Shown: positions 39,415-49,658, counted from the first letter of the stretch. The stretch is DNA of 64,000 nt from Aureliella sp. (GCA_963691875.1 OY829846.1:4224001-4288000), one strand, 5' to 3'. A program made the numbers and translations. The notes: generated from the letters alone by a model not told the origin.

Positions 39415-40659
39415 CTACGGTAGTCTTAGACTTGCGATCGTGAATGGGATGCTTTGCTGCTCGAGCTCGTAGTACTTTTGCAAGATTGACATGTCGATGC
39501 CAGCCTCTTCACGGGCTTCCTTGAGGGTCATCGATTGCATGTTTTGCAGGCTGCCCTTGTAGAGATCTTTAACGCCTGTTTCTTTGCCACACTGAAATCC
39601 GAGGTCGAAAGCTGGCTGCAGGTACTTGGGGATGCGGTAGGGTTCAGGGTAGATCCGCGCGAGAACGAACTTGAAGACGTGATATTGGAACCAGCTCACT
39701 TTCTTACCGGTCCCCATCGCGAAGCCAAGTACAAACGCTTCGTCCTGATCTTGCAATCCGCGACCTAGCAAGACATGCAGGACATCGTGATCTTCCAGTG
39801 CGACTGCTCCGCGAAATCTCAGCCAGCTTCCTGGATTTTCAAACAATCGCACCACGAACGGGATCTTGGTAGGCGGCGACTGAGGCATGCTATCCATGAC
39901 TTGCTGAACGGTCATATCGTCATTCTGAACTCCTGGGTACCAGGCCAACCACAAGTCAGTATCCGTATAAGAATCGCGCCGACGGCCACGTGAATCGAAT
40001 AACCACGCACTCGTGTCAAACAGACTGAGAACTGAATTTGCCTTGGGGTAGTTCGCTGCGGTCACAACAGCCGCCGAGGCGACACGATTCATCTGTTCGA
40101 GAATGATGCCCTCTGCCTCTAGCCGATGTAGCTCGTCGACTTGTTCTAGCTTGAAGGTATCCACCAGATCAACGCAGAGTTCTTTCGACCAAGCCCGGAA
40201 AGACTTTTGATTGTTAGCCCGATAGGCCGCTTTAAGCATCCCGGCATGACTAGCTGCGCGAAGGGTTGCAATGACGAGCCCCAAATGCACATCATGTTCT
40301 GTCCGAGCCTCGGCCAGATACCGGCCCACACCGGCCCGATCCTTAGTTGGATCAGCTTCCCGCACAGCGACCACGATCTTGAGTGGTTCTTGGTGCTCAT
40401 CTTCGATCTCAGTCGAAGAAACCGAAACGGGTTGAACGCATAGCGGAGAAATTAGCTGAGCCAAAGCTTCCGAAAGCTCACCGGAACCAGTCAATTTCTC
40501 TTGACTTGAGTCTTTACGACGCAGCCGCAGTCGAAACTCGTATTGAGGCGCCGAAGGCCTACGAGAACACTCAACGCTTTGGATCTCAATCGAAGCCACC
40601 TTCATCGAAAAAGTGGAAGGATCTTCAGAAGATGATGCGTTGGTATTCATATTGTTCAA
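39415..40659 (-). CDS. Hypothetical protein with C-terminal Coq4-like metal-binding domain
   Basis: HDVLH-VLLGRGLQDQD-E matches the HDxxH(x)11E motif. Confidence 0.65.
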   Translation of the reverse strand: MNNMNTNASSSEDPSTFSMKVASIEIQSVECSRRPSAPQYEFRLRLRRKDSSQEKLTGSGELSEALAQLISPLCVQPVSVSSTEIEDEHQEPLKIVVAVREADPTKDRAGVGRYLAEARTEHDVHLGLVIATLRAASHAGMLKAAYRANNQKSFRAWSKELCVDLVDTFKLEQVDELHRLEAEGIILEQMNRVASAAVVTAANYPKANSVLSLFDTSAWLFDSRGRRRDSYTDTDLWLAWYPGVQNDDMTVQQVMDSMPQSPPTKIPFVVRLFENPGSWLRFRGAVALEDHDVLHVLLGRGLQDQDEAFVLGFAMGTGKKVSWFQYHVFKFVLARIYPEPYRIPKYLQPAFDLGFQCGKETGVKDLYKGSLQNMQSMTLKEAREEAGIDMSILQKYYELEQQSIPFTIASLRLP

Positions 40660-41054
40660 GCCACGAGTACTGCCGACACGAGTTTAGCTTCGATGGGCAC
40701 TTGTGTCAGCGTCTCAGTGGACCCGCAATGGAGCAACAAATCTCGAGATCCGATCCGCACGAGTTTACGAAGCTGCGGGCCTCCAAGCCCAATTGGCGCG
40801 TTCCCCCCTCCGCGGGACGCACAATTCTGCGCGTCTTAGATATTAAGGCTTGATGAAGGCGTTGTTTTCAAAACTTCGGTCTTTGAACCACTTGCCCCGA
40901 TCAGAGAATCCGATGCGCCCGGTAGTTTTCCATTCTATACCATTGCTCTTGAGTGGCCTATGGTGTTAGTTCAAGCCATCAATCGAACTACTTCTGCTCC
41001 CAAGTCATTGGCAATTCGATTCAGTTCTCCTCCTACAAAGTCCTGATTCAATAA

Positions 41055-43271
41055 ATGGTTGAAAGTCAAAGTAAGGGATACCCTGCGTTTACTGCACAGC
41101 TCATGATCGGGCTCTCTCTCGGGATTGCCTGGGGTTTGTTCTTGGGCGACTCAGGCGAATGGGTCAAGTGGATCGGTGATGCTTTTGTCGGTCTACTACA
41201 GATGACTGTCTTGCCCTATGTCACCCTCACCCTGATTGCAAATGTCGGGCGTTTATCTTTGAAACAGGGATCGCGGATTGCCCGTGTATCTCTCGTGGTG
41301 ATTTTGTCACTCTGGCTGATTGGCCTAGCCACCTTAGTCGTGATGACCTTCTCCTACCCAGAGTGGAAATCTGGGTCTTTTTTCAGTACCAGTTTGGTGA
41401 AACCGCCTGAGAACCCGAACTGGCTTGAACTTTTTATCCCGTCCAATCCATTTTGGTCTTTGGCCAACAATCAAGTTCCTGCCATCGTTATCTTTTCTTT
41501 GGGACTGGGTATTGCATTGATCACGGTGGAAAACAAAGAACCGTTGCTCAACAAACTCGATATTTTGCTCGAAGGCTTGGCTCGATTGAACAAGATGGTG
41601 GTTCGGATGTCACCGATTGGGATGTTCGGCATCGTCGGCTACACGGCCACTGCAATGTCGTGGCAGCAGTTTGGACTCCTGCAGGGGTATTTGCTGGTGT
41701 ATGGCGCTGCTGCCATTGTATTGAGCCTATTATTGGTCCCGGCTCTTCTGGCTAGTTTCACACCCTTTTCTTACCGAGAGCTACTTAGCGCATCGCGAGA
41801 CATGTTGTTGACAGCGTTCATTGTCGGCAACACTTTCGTGGTCCTGCCAATGATCACTGATGCCGTTAAAAGTTTGATTAGAAAGCACTGGCCGGGTCAT
41901 GCGAACGACGAGGAAACTCATATGCCTGAATACTTCGTTCCGTTGGCTTATCCGTTTCCTGATCTAGGTCGCATCGTTGGGATGATTTTCATTCCCTTCG
42001 CGGCTTGGTTCTACGGTATGCAGATCGCACCCGGGAGCTATCTCGAACTGACTGTTGTTGGTTTTATAGGCGCCTTCGCCAAACCGATAATCACGATTCC
42101 TTTGCTGCTAAGTTTAGCAGAGATTCCAGATGACATTTTTCAGCTGTATTTAGTCGCCGGGGTGGTTGCCAGTCGATTCGGAGACTTGATGAAAGCAAGT
42201 CACCTATTCGCGTTCACTGTAGTGACAACCTGTGTCCTTTCTGGCAACCTGCGTTTCAATCTGCGGCGTAGTCTCCTGAAGGGCTTGCTTGCCTTCACTG
42301 TTTTGATCCTGTCAGTAGTAGTCGTCCGCAGTGTCTTGGTACGCTCATTTCAGTTTTCCTACGGCCGCGAAGATCTGGTCGTAGCCCGAGAGCTGAAAGG
42401 TCGTCCAGCCGAATTTGAAATTTTGAAAGAAGCTTCAGCCAACCCAGAACCACTCGAAAACGATGAAGATGTGATGGAACGAATTCTTCGTCGAGGGATC
42501 ATTCGCATTGGGTTTCAGCCGGAAGGCTTACCATTTTCTTACTTCAATCGCGAAGGTAATTTGGTGGGTTTCGACGTCGATATGGCTCATCAATTGGCGT
42601 TAGATCTGGATGTGGATATCGAGTTCGTTCCAATTACTGGCGATGTCGTGGAACACCTAAAGCTAGATCATTTTGATGTTGCCATGGCCGGTATGGAGGG
42701 CACTCTAAAACGATCGGCGGCGTTGCCGCATGTCGATCCGTACATGGATCTCACGATTGCATTTGTTGTACCCGATCATCGCCGGCAAGAGTTTAAATCG
42801 ATCAAAACGATTGACCGGAGCGAGCAATTGCTGGTTGCCGTCATTGCGGACAGTGTTGCATCGGAAGACTCGCGCACACTCAACGCGCTTGGCAGCTGGG
42901 GAGCGATGCAAGCTCAGGATGGCTTGTTGAACCTAAAGTTTGTGAGGATTCAGTCGGAGAGCGAATTCTTCGATTCCGATCCGCGCCCTGCGGAAGTCTT
43001 GGTGACAAGTGCAGAAGCCGGATCCGCTTGGACGCTCAATCACCCAGAATTCTCGGTTATTAAACCAGAAGAGCTAAACGTGCGAGTACCGCTCTATTAT
43101 CTGGTCGCAGAAGAATCGAGATTCGAGGAATTCCTCGAGGGTTGGTTGTCATTGAAGGAACGTGACGGCACAAAACAACAGCTGTACGATTACTGGATCC
43201 TGGGGCGTAACGCTGAAGGCGATACACCGAGATGGTGTATCATCCGCGACGTTCTGCATTGGGTGAAGTAA
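41055..43271 (+). CDS. Dicarboxylate/amino acid:cation symporter fused to a family-3 solute-binding domain
   Basis: N-terminal TM domain (IGDAFVGLLQMTVLP, LFIPSNPF, SPIGMF). C-terminal IRIG..LPFSY..LVGFDVDMA. Confidence 0.88.
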   Translation: MVESQSKGYPAFTAQLMIGLSLGIAWGLFLGDSGEWVKWIGDAFVGLLQMTVLPYVTLTLIANVGRLSLKQGSRIARVSLVVILSLWLIGLATLVVMTFSYPEWKSGSFFSTSLVKPPENPNWLELFIPSNPFWSLANNQVPAIVIFSLGLGIALITVENKEPLLNKLDILLEGLARLNKMVVRMSPIGMFGIVGYTATAMSWQQFGLLQGYLLVYGAAAIVLSLLLVPALLASFTPFSYRELLSASRDMLLTAFIVGNTFVVLPMITDAVKSLIRKHWPGHANDEETHMPEYFVPLAYPFPDLGRIVGMIFIPFAAWFYGMQIAPGSYLELTVVGFIGAFAKPIITIPLLLSLAEIPDDIFQLYLVAGVVASRFGDLMKASHLFAFTVVTTCVLSGNLRFNLRRSLLKGLLAFTVLILSVVVVRSVLVRSFQFSYGREDLVVARELKGRPAEFEILKEASANPEPLENDEDVMERILRRGIIRIGFQPEGLPFSYFNREGNLVGFDVDMAHQLALDLDVDIEFVPITGDVVEHLKLDHFDVAMAGMEGTLKRSAALPHVDPYMDLTIAFVVPDHRRQEFKSIKTIDRSEQLLVAVIADSVASEDSRTLNALGSWGAMQAQDGLLNLKFVRIQSESEFFDSDPRPAEVLVTSAEAGSAWTLNHPEFSVIKPEELNVRVPLYYLVAEESRFEEFLEGWLSLKERDGTKQQLYDYWILGRNAEGDTPRWCIIRDVLHWVK

Positions 43272-43360
43272 AGGCGGCTTTACCGACCTTCAAGGAACTC
43301 CGCCTGAATGTTAAGATTTGATGAAGGCGTTGAGAACTGAGCGAGTAAAGGTAGCTATCG

Positions 43361-44641
43361 TTGGTGAGTGAGAGAGGACGGCAACCACAAGTTTGGCTCT
43401 TGTTCTTCTACGGTTTTGGCAACGCCGCAACCTACTCCATCGCGCGAACCATTGCCGACAGCACCTATCTAAGCCGGATCGGCACCGGGCGTCTTCCGGA
43501 GGTTTACCTTCTTTCTGCTGGGATCGTCGCATTAGCCGCACTCGCCCATTCTGCTTCGTCTAAAAGGTTTGGGTTGCGTGGCACGATCGGTGGGACACTT
43601 TTGACCTTTAGCTCCGTATCGGTGCTATTGGCATTGAGTATGAGTAGAGTCCCAGACTCTCTAGCAGTGCTCACGACTGGCTACTTTCTTGCTCAGATTC
43701 GTGGAAGTCTGGGCACGATCCACTTCGCTACCGTTCTAAACGAGCAGTTTACGCGGCAAGGCGTAAAGCGCTACGTAGGCGTTATTGGAGCTGGGGCTAC
43801 CATCGCAGGATTTTCTTCAGGCTGCATGCTTGGCGTTCTGTCCGATTATTGGCAGGTTGAGAATTTCCTATATCTCGCCGCCGTCATTGACTTATTGACC
43901 ATTCTTCCATTTGTTTACCTGCGTAGATTCTTTTCAAATCAACGCTCGTCAGTAACGGAGAAACATGCTCAAGTTCACGAGTCCGGTCAAAGCGTTATTG
44001 GTTGGTCGCGAAAAGTCGATCGCTCGGGTTCGCGACTTGTTTGGATGCTTGCAAGCGTGGTCATGCTTTGTATTGTCGCCGTCACGCTGATTGAGTTTCA
44101 GTGGAAAGTCGCGGCCGCAAACGTGTGGGGCGGGGATGTCGTGGGAATGACGAAATACTTTGGGTTCTTCTATGGAACTCTTTACTTAATCACCGGAGTT
44201 TTGCAGCTGACGGTCACCGCTTGGCTGCTAAGGGGAAGCAGAGTCCTGTTTGCCGTGGCGGCACTGCCAACTGTACTTATTTTCGGTTCAGCGACCGCGA
44301 TCACGACCGCTTCTCAGTTTTCGCTATTCATCGCTCTGAATATTTGCAAACTTGGCGACGCGCTGCGGCGATCGCTCCACGATCATGCAGTACAGATTGC
44401 CTATTTTCCGCTACCCAGAAACGTACGCCGCGATGCGATCTCTTTTGTCTCAGGAGTCGTCAAACCCTTTGCTGAGGCGTTTGCCGCTGCTGCCGTGGTC
44501 CTGCTAAGTCCTTGGCTATCAGCACAGAGCTTTTTATTTCTGGTCGCGGTAGTCTGCCTTTTATGGCTAGCGGTTACCCAGATTCTTTGGCGCAAGACCA
44601 GTACAACCCTTTCTGGTGGTGAGGATTCGAAGGCAAGATGA
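43361..44641 (+). CDS. MFS-fold membrane transporter, NTT/TLC-like
   Basis: About 12 hydrophobic segments, ARTIADSTYLSRIG..RLP, LIEFQWK and YFPLPRNVRR. Confidence 0.65.
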   Translation: MVSERGRQPQVWLLFFYGFGNAATYSIARTIADSTYLSRIGTGRLPEVYLLSAGIVALAALAHSASSKRFGLRGTIGGTLLTFSSVSVLLALSMSRVPDSLAVLTTGYFLAQIRGSLGTIHFATVLNEQFTRQGVKRYVGVIGAGATIAGFSSGCMLGVLSDYWQVENFLYLAAVIDLLTILPFVYLRRFFSNQRSSVTEKHAQVHESGQSVIGWSRKVDRSGSRLVWMLASVVMLCIVAVTLIEFQWKVAAANVWGGDVVGMTKYFGFFYGTLYLITGVLQLTVTAWLLRGSRVLFAVAALPTVLIFGSATAITTASQFSLFIALNICKLGDALRRSLHDHAVQIAYFPLPRNVRRDAISFVSGVVKPFAEAFAAAAVVLLSPWLSAQSFLFLVAVVCLLWLAVTQILWRKTSTTLSGGEDSKAR

Positions 44642-45065
44642 TGCCATTCTTCATCAAAGCTTAACGCTTTCTCCTTCTAGCTTGTGCAACAATTAGCAGA
44701 TCTTGAGTAATGGCCGGCGCGATGTGCCGGAAGGTCCTATTTCTTGACATTGAGACTGTGTGTGTCTGCTTCACTTGAACCCATCGAAGACAGTGTGTTG
44801 CCTGCCACTATTGCTGACACGCACCAAGACCACCCAACGTCGATTGATTGGCGTATTCTGTTGGGCTGCGTGACAGTTGGGCTCTATTTATACTTCGCCT
44901 TCTAACAGGGCTGGTTCGTAGCTCAGGGCGTCAACTTGGCGATGTAGAAGACACGCCGCTGCTATTGAGGTCATACTTGCACTGTGAACGAAAAAGAGAC
45001 AGCGTCACTTGCTAGTGAAACTGCCTCATTTGCTTGGAAAGCGTTCGACTGTCTGCTAGGAGTTT

Positions 45066-45533
45066 CTAGCGCCTAATTACCTGGGTTTGCATGACCGACG
45101 CAGCGGTTTTTTCCAACTCCTCTGGATCGATAGAAGCACAATTTTTTGCTTCTTTTGGCACCCACTTGTACTTGCAAGTCGGGCACTCGTAGGTGTGTTT
45201 TTCAAGAGTGCAGACAGTTCGAGTTCTGGCTAGCTTTGGTGGTGCACAGCATGGCTTGCTGCACCCGCCGTCGCAATTGCCGTCACACTGTGCGGGAATC
45301 TTTTTCTTATCCCAGGGCCATTGCCATGAGAAAGTGACTCGAGGGATGCAAATCGCCTTGGGTTTTACTTTCCAACAGTGCTTCTCTTCCGTGCCTTCCT
45401 CAACCTTCAACTCACAGAAAGTCTTGCACTTGGGGCAACAAGCCTTTCCGTCACCAGCCATCGCGGGTGACAGCAACGCGCCAAACAGGATGGCTGCGGC
45501 GAAAAGTCGGTAGTGCAGGTTTCGGGTACTCAT
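45066..45533 (-). CDS. Secreted Cys-rich planctomycete protein
   Basis: Signal peptide, many Cys, ICIPRVTFSW and YECPTCKYKW. Confidence 0.75.
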   Translation of the reverse strand: MSTRNLHYRLFAAAILFGALLSPAMAGDGKACCPKCKTFCELKVEEGTEEKHCWKVKPKAICIPRVTFSWQWPWDKKKIPAQCDGNCDGGCSKPCCAPPKLARTRTVCTLEKHTYECPTCKYKWVPKEAKNCASIDPEELEKTAASVMQTQVIRR

Positions 45534-45592
45534 ATTTGACTTCCTTGAATAGCTTCTGATTTCATTTTTGGTTATCCGATTCGAGTCGCCGC

Positions 45593-47084
45593 TTAGAAGT
45601 CGACCATGAAACGGGTGCCAACGACGTTGTAGGTCCCATCCGTGAATCCGCCAACGTCAGCATGCTCTTGGATGTCGCCATAGATGTAGTTGACCTGGAC
45701 CTTTGAGTAGGCTGTCCAGAACCAGTTCAGACCTGCAGTGAAGTTGTTGCCAACACCACCAAGAATATTGTCATCCGAGAGATCGAGGTACGAATAACGA
45801 GCAGCTATCTGAAGAGCTCCGAGCCCGAATCCACGACCACCCTTGCAACGATCTACGAGAAAGAAATTCTCGAAAGGTTTAACACGACCAATGATGCCCT
45901 TTTGGCGGTCGTAAGGCTGGTGCTCACCTGTAAGGAAGTAGGAAACCTGTACGTAGCCACCATGGAAGAACAAATCACTGCCTCCGTCACGTTGCGTCCA
46001 GTTGGCTTGGAACTCGGAAACAACTTGGAGAGCACCAACATTGACCGCGGTTTCAAAGGCCAAGATCTCATAATCAGAGATCCCGGCGATACGTCCAGTG
46101 TTGAGCCAGCGCTGATCTGAGCGATTTTCACCACGAGTTCGAAAACGTCCATCGTTGTTATTTGTTTCGCCAGGGAATCGGTCGCCGTCAGGACGAGCGT
46201 ACATGCCCGCGACGGCCCAGTGGAGATACCCGCGTCCACCGGAGCTGTGATCGTACCAAGGGCTGGAGGACAATCGAGCGTTGGCACTCATCTGCAACGA
46301 GTCGCCGATGAAACGACCATCTGTTGAGGTGTTCTCTAAGCTGTAGACACCATAACGCCAGTGGAATAAGTCGTCGTCGGTGTAACCGTAGGCGGCCAAA
46401 CCAATTCGACGAGCGTCTTCGTTGAACGCTTCCACGACCAAGGGGCGTTCCATGAAAACGTTGTAACGACTACTGTTCAGGTGATCCATTCCGAGTGGAC
46501 GCTTTTGGTTACCAAGCAGGATCGTTTGGTTATAAGGCAGTTCTTTCCACCCGAGGTAGATGTCCTTGTACTCAGGACGACCAGGGTTGTTGTAATCTAC
46601 CTCCAGCTTGTAAAGCATGGTCTCAAGAACATCACCCTTCATGCCCAAACGAAGTCGTCGAAACGCGAAGCGGTCTTCGGTATCCGTACCGAAATTGGCA
46701 TTCGTCGGATCAGGGTGCTCGTAGAATCCAATGCCAGGTGATTCCTTTGGATAGCCCCAGTAGTCAGCGTGGATTCGACCTGTCCAAGACCAACTTGGCT
46801 TCTTTGGAGGAGTGTAAACTTCTTCCTCTGCCTCGGCCGGCTTCTCCAGTTCAGCTATTCGCGCTTCTAACGCTTCGATCTGCTCGCTGAAATCGACGCC
46901 CGAGGTTTCAGAACCGGTTGACTCGACCACCGATTTTGATTCCTGGTCCGTGAGGGCCAGTGAGGGCCAGTGAGGTGCCGTTGGTGCTTGTGAAGTAGGT
47001 CTGGCCTTGCACGACTCTCGTGGTCAAAACCGGGAAATTGAGTGCGATGACTATGACCATCGCAGGTAGTAGTTTTGCTTGCAT
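45593..47084 (-). pseudogene. Phosphate-selective porin OprO/OprP family, signal peptide out of frame
   Basis: Body 45593..46930 has FRRLRLG, FMERP, GGYVQVSYFLTGE, GLNWF and a terminal F. ATG 47084 encodes a signal-like leader that is frameshifted by the TGAGGGCCAG duplication at 46951-46970. Confidence 0.8.
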
Positions 47085-47396
47085 TGGTACTTGTCAAAAA
47101 GACCGCGTAGAGTTTCTGAATATGAAGTTCGTCCCAAACCTACCTTCCCGGCGCAAAATTAATAAAGTTTGAAGGCTATTCAGTACTTTCGGTGCCACAG
47201 TCGAACCGGTTAGACTCGGTTTTCCAAGGAGGAAAAATCTGACGGTTGGCTAGCCGGGAAAGCCTGGGCGAATATGGTGGCAGGTAGCGCTTTGCTATTC
47301 CATACAGACCCAACCCCAGAAACGTAAGAAAAAAACGTGTGTATTATGGAGCCTTCACTGACTTCAATTTCTTTCCGCTAGCGAACAGTCCTCTTG

Positions 47397-48053
47397 ATGC
47401 CTGAAGCGAACGGCAAAACTACTCCAGGCAATTCGAATGAGGCCTTTGGCGTACTCGAAACGACGGGGTGGACTCCCGCGATGGTCTCCTTGGACGATAT
47501 GGAGAAGGCGGCGAAGATTCGTGTTTGGCAAGTCGAACTCAATGACTTTCTGGGTACTTGCATCAAAGTCCTCGGTCCGGTCGACGCGGTTCGAACTGCG
47601 ATCGATCGCGGAACACGGGTCGCTGAGCAAATGCAGGGTGACCCAAAGAGCCGAGTCATCCCCCGGCTGAGTTCAGAAGCGGTCGCGGGTGTTGTCAGCC
47701 GTGTCGAATTCAATCCACTGATTCAGCAAAACGTAGTCAAAGAACCTCCAGGAGCAGATATGCCTGATTCAAACACCTCGGGACCCGTTCAGGCATTGGG
47801 ATTCATCGAGACTCAAGGCTTCACTGCCGTTTTCGAAGCGGTGGACACCGCCTGCAAAGCCGCTCAAGTTGAAGTGGTCGGCAAAGAAAAACTCGGCGGC
47901 GGGTATGTCACCATCGTGATCCGTGGTGATGTTGCAGCAGTCCGAGCGGCAATCGACGCTGCAGGACCAGCCGTGTCAGGGCTGGGGAATTTGATTGCCG
48001 CCCATGTCATTGCGCGTCCTAGCGAATCTGTCCTTTCATTGCTTCCGCAATAG
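47397..48053 (+). CDS. Tandem BMC-domain bacterial microcompartment shell protein
   Basis: Two BMC-type domains: AFGVLETTG..DDMEKAA..GPVDAVRTAI..IPR and ALGFIETQG..DTACKAA..GGGYVT..GDVAAVRAAI..HVIARP. Confidence 0.9.
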   Translation: MPEANGKTTPGNSNEAFGVLETTGWTPAMVSLDDMEKAAKIRVWQVELNDFLGTCIKVLGPVDAVRTAIDRGTRVAEQMQGDPKSRVIPRLSSEAVAGVVSRVEFNPLIQQNVVKEPPGADMPDSNTSGPVQALGFIETQGFTAVFEAVDTACKAAQVEVVGKEKLGGGYVTIVIRGDVAAVRAAIDAAGPAVSGLGNLIAAHVIARPSESVLSLLPQ

Positions 48054-48116
48054 CTTACGAATTCAGCTATATTGCGATCCTCCCTACCTCCAAACACTCA
48101 TCCCAGGAGCACAACC

Positions 48117-49658
48117 ATGGTTACCGTTGCGCCGCAAATTCAGCCCTTCACCGCAAGACAATTTGAAAAGCCCGAGAAGTTCTTAGATTTCTGCGAGAAC
48201 AACGGGCGCCCCTTAGCTGGCATTATTGGTGGTCGTGACGTGATGGGTTCCATGAATGTCACTTACGACACGACTGATCCAGGTTCACTGGAAGTCTTGG
48301 CGAGCGTCTGCGAGATGGGGCAAGCCGAAGTAGGACTAGCTGTGGACGAAGCGCAGGCTGCTTTCACCAGCTGGGGTAAGACAAGCGTCGAGGAGCGTTG
48401 CAAACTGGTGATGAAGTTGGTTGAGCTCTGTGAGCGAGACCGTGATGTCTTCCTGGCATGCGAGATCTTTGATGGTGGCAAAGTCTCCGAACTAGCCGAA
48501 GGTGACTTTACGCAAATTCGCGCTTGCGCCGAGTACTTCTGCGATGTAGCCAAGAAAGCCGAGATGGGTGAAGGCCCAGCCATGCAAGTTGCAGCAGGCA
48601 TGAAGGGTTTTACCTATCGCGAACCTTGGGGCGTGGTCGCTGGAATCATTCCGTGGAATTATCCAGTCGTACTCAATAGTTGGTTCATCTTCCCAGCACT
48701 TCTGGCCGGGAACTGCGTTTTGCTAAAACCTGCTGAAGACACTCCGCTGTCGGCACTTTACACCGGCAAGCTAGCCGAAGAAGCCGGTTTTCCACCCGGC
48801 GTGTTCAACGTCTTGCCGGGCCGTGGGGAAATTACCGGTCAGTTTATCGCCGAGCACCCAGGTGTTCGCTACATTTCATTCACAGGTTCGCCCGGCGTGG
48901 GGCAAGCGATCATGCGCACCTGCGACGCTCACGGCACTCGTATGAAACGAGAGATGGGTGGCAATGGAGCCGCGATCGTTTTGGGCGACGCAGACCCAGG
49001 AGTCGTTGCTCGCCAGATCGGACGCTACACGAATCAGCACTTCGGTCAAACTTGCTGCACCGTGCACCGAATTTTTGTGGACCAGAAAATCGCGGATGAT
49101 TTCGCGGATGCGCAACGCGACTTCTTTGAGAACTTGCAGATTGGCTACCAGGCCGACGCGGGTACGCAGCTTGGCGCGGTGGTGAACTCCACTCAGTACA
49201 GCCGCATTCAACGCGCTCAGCAAGAAACTTTAGCGCGTGGTGGTCAAGCAGTCTTGCCTGGTGGTGTTGCCGAAGTGGCCGATCGAACCGGTTACTACCT
49301 CAAGCCAGCTTTGTTCCGAACTGAGCCTGGCGTAGACTGCAATCCGCTCGAAGTCTTCCATACCTATGCGACTATTTGCCCTGTGAGCTCTGAAGAGCAG
49401 GCTGTTGCACTGGCAAACAGTTCGCCTTACGGTTTGGGGGCGAGCGTATGGACCAGGGATACCGAACGGGGAGTGCAGATCGCGAAACAGTTCCGAGACG
49501 GAACCTGCCAAGTCAACTGCCACAACTCGATCGCATATGGCCTTCCTTATGGCGGACAGGGTATCTCAGGTGGTCCTGGCGGTGGAGTGAATTGCGAAGA
49601 GACTTTCTTTGACTACACCCAAGTGAAGGCCGTGTACGTTGGTGACTATCCGGAGTGA
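48117..49658 (+). CDS. NAD(P)-dependent aldehyde dehydrogenase (non-acylating type)
   Basis: IIPWNYP, KPAEDTP, FTGS, EMGG, catalytic GQTCC and YGLGA. RBS AGGAG at 48105. Confidence 0.92.
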   Translation: MVTVAPQIQPFTARQFEKPEKFLDFCENNGRPLAGIIGGRDVMGSMNVTYDTTDPGSLEVLASVCEMGQAEVGLAVDEAQAAFTSWGKTSVEERCKLVMKLVELCERDRDVFLACEIFDGGKVSELAEGDFTQIRACAEYFCDVAKKAEMGEGPAMQVAAGMKGFTYREPWGVVAGIIPWNYPVVLNSWFIFPALLAGNCVLLKPAEDTPLSALYTGKLAEEAGFPPGVFNVLPGRGEITGQFIAEHPGVRYISFTGSPGVGQAIMRTCDAHGTRMKREMGGNGAAIVLGDADPGVVARQIGRYTNQHFGQTCCTVHRIFVDQKIADDFADAQRDFFENLQIGYQADAGTQLGAVVNSTQYSRIQRAQQETLARGGQAVLPGGVAEVADRTGYYLKPALFRTEPGVDCNPLEVFHTYATICPVSSEEQAVALANSSPYGLGASVWTRDTERGVQIAKQFRDGTCQVNCHNSIAYGLPYGGQGISGGPGGGVNCEETFFDYTQVKAVYVGDYPE

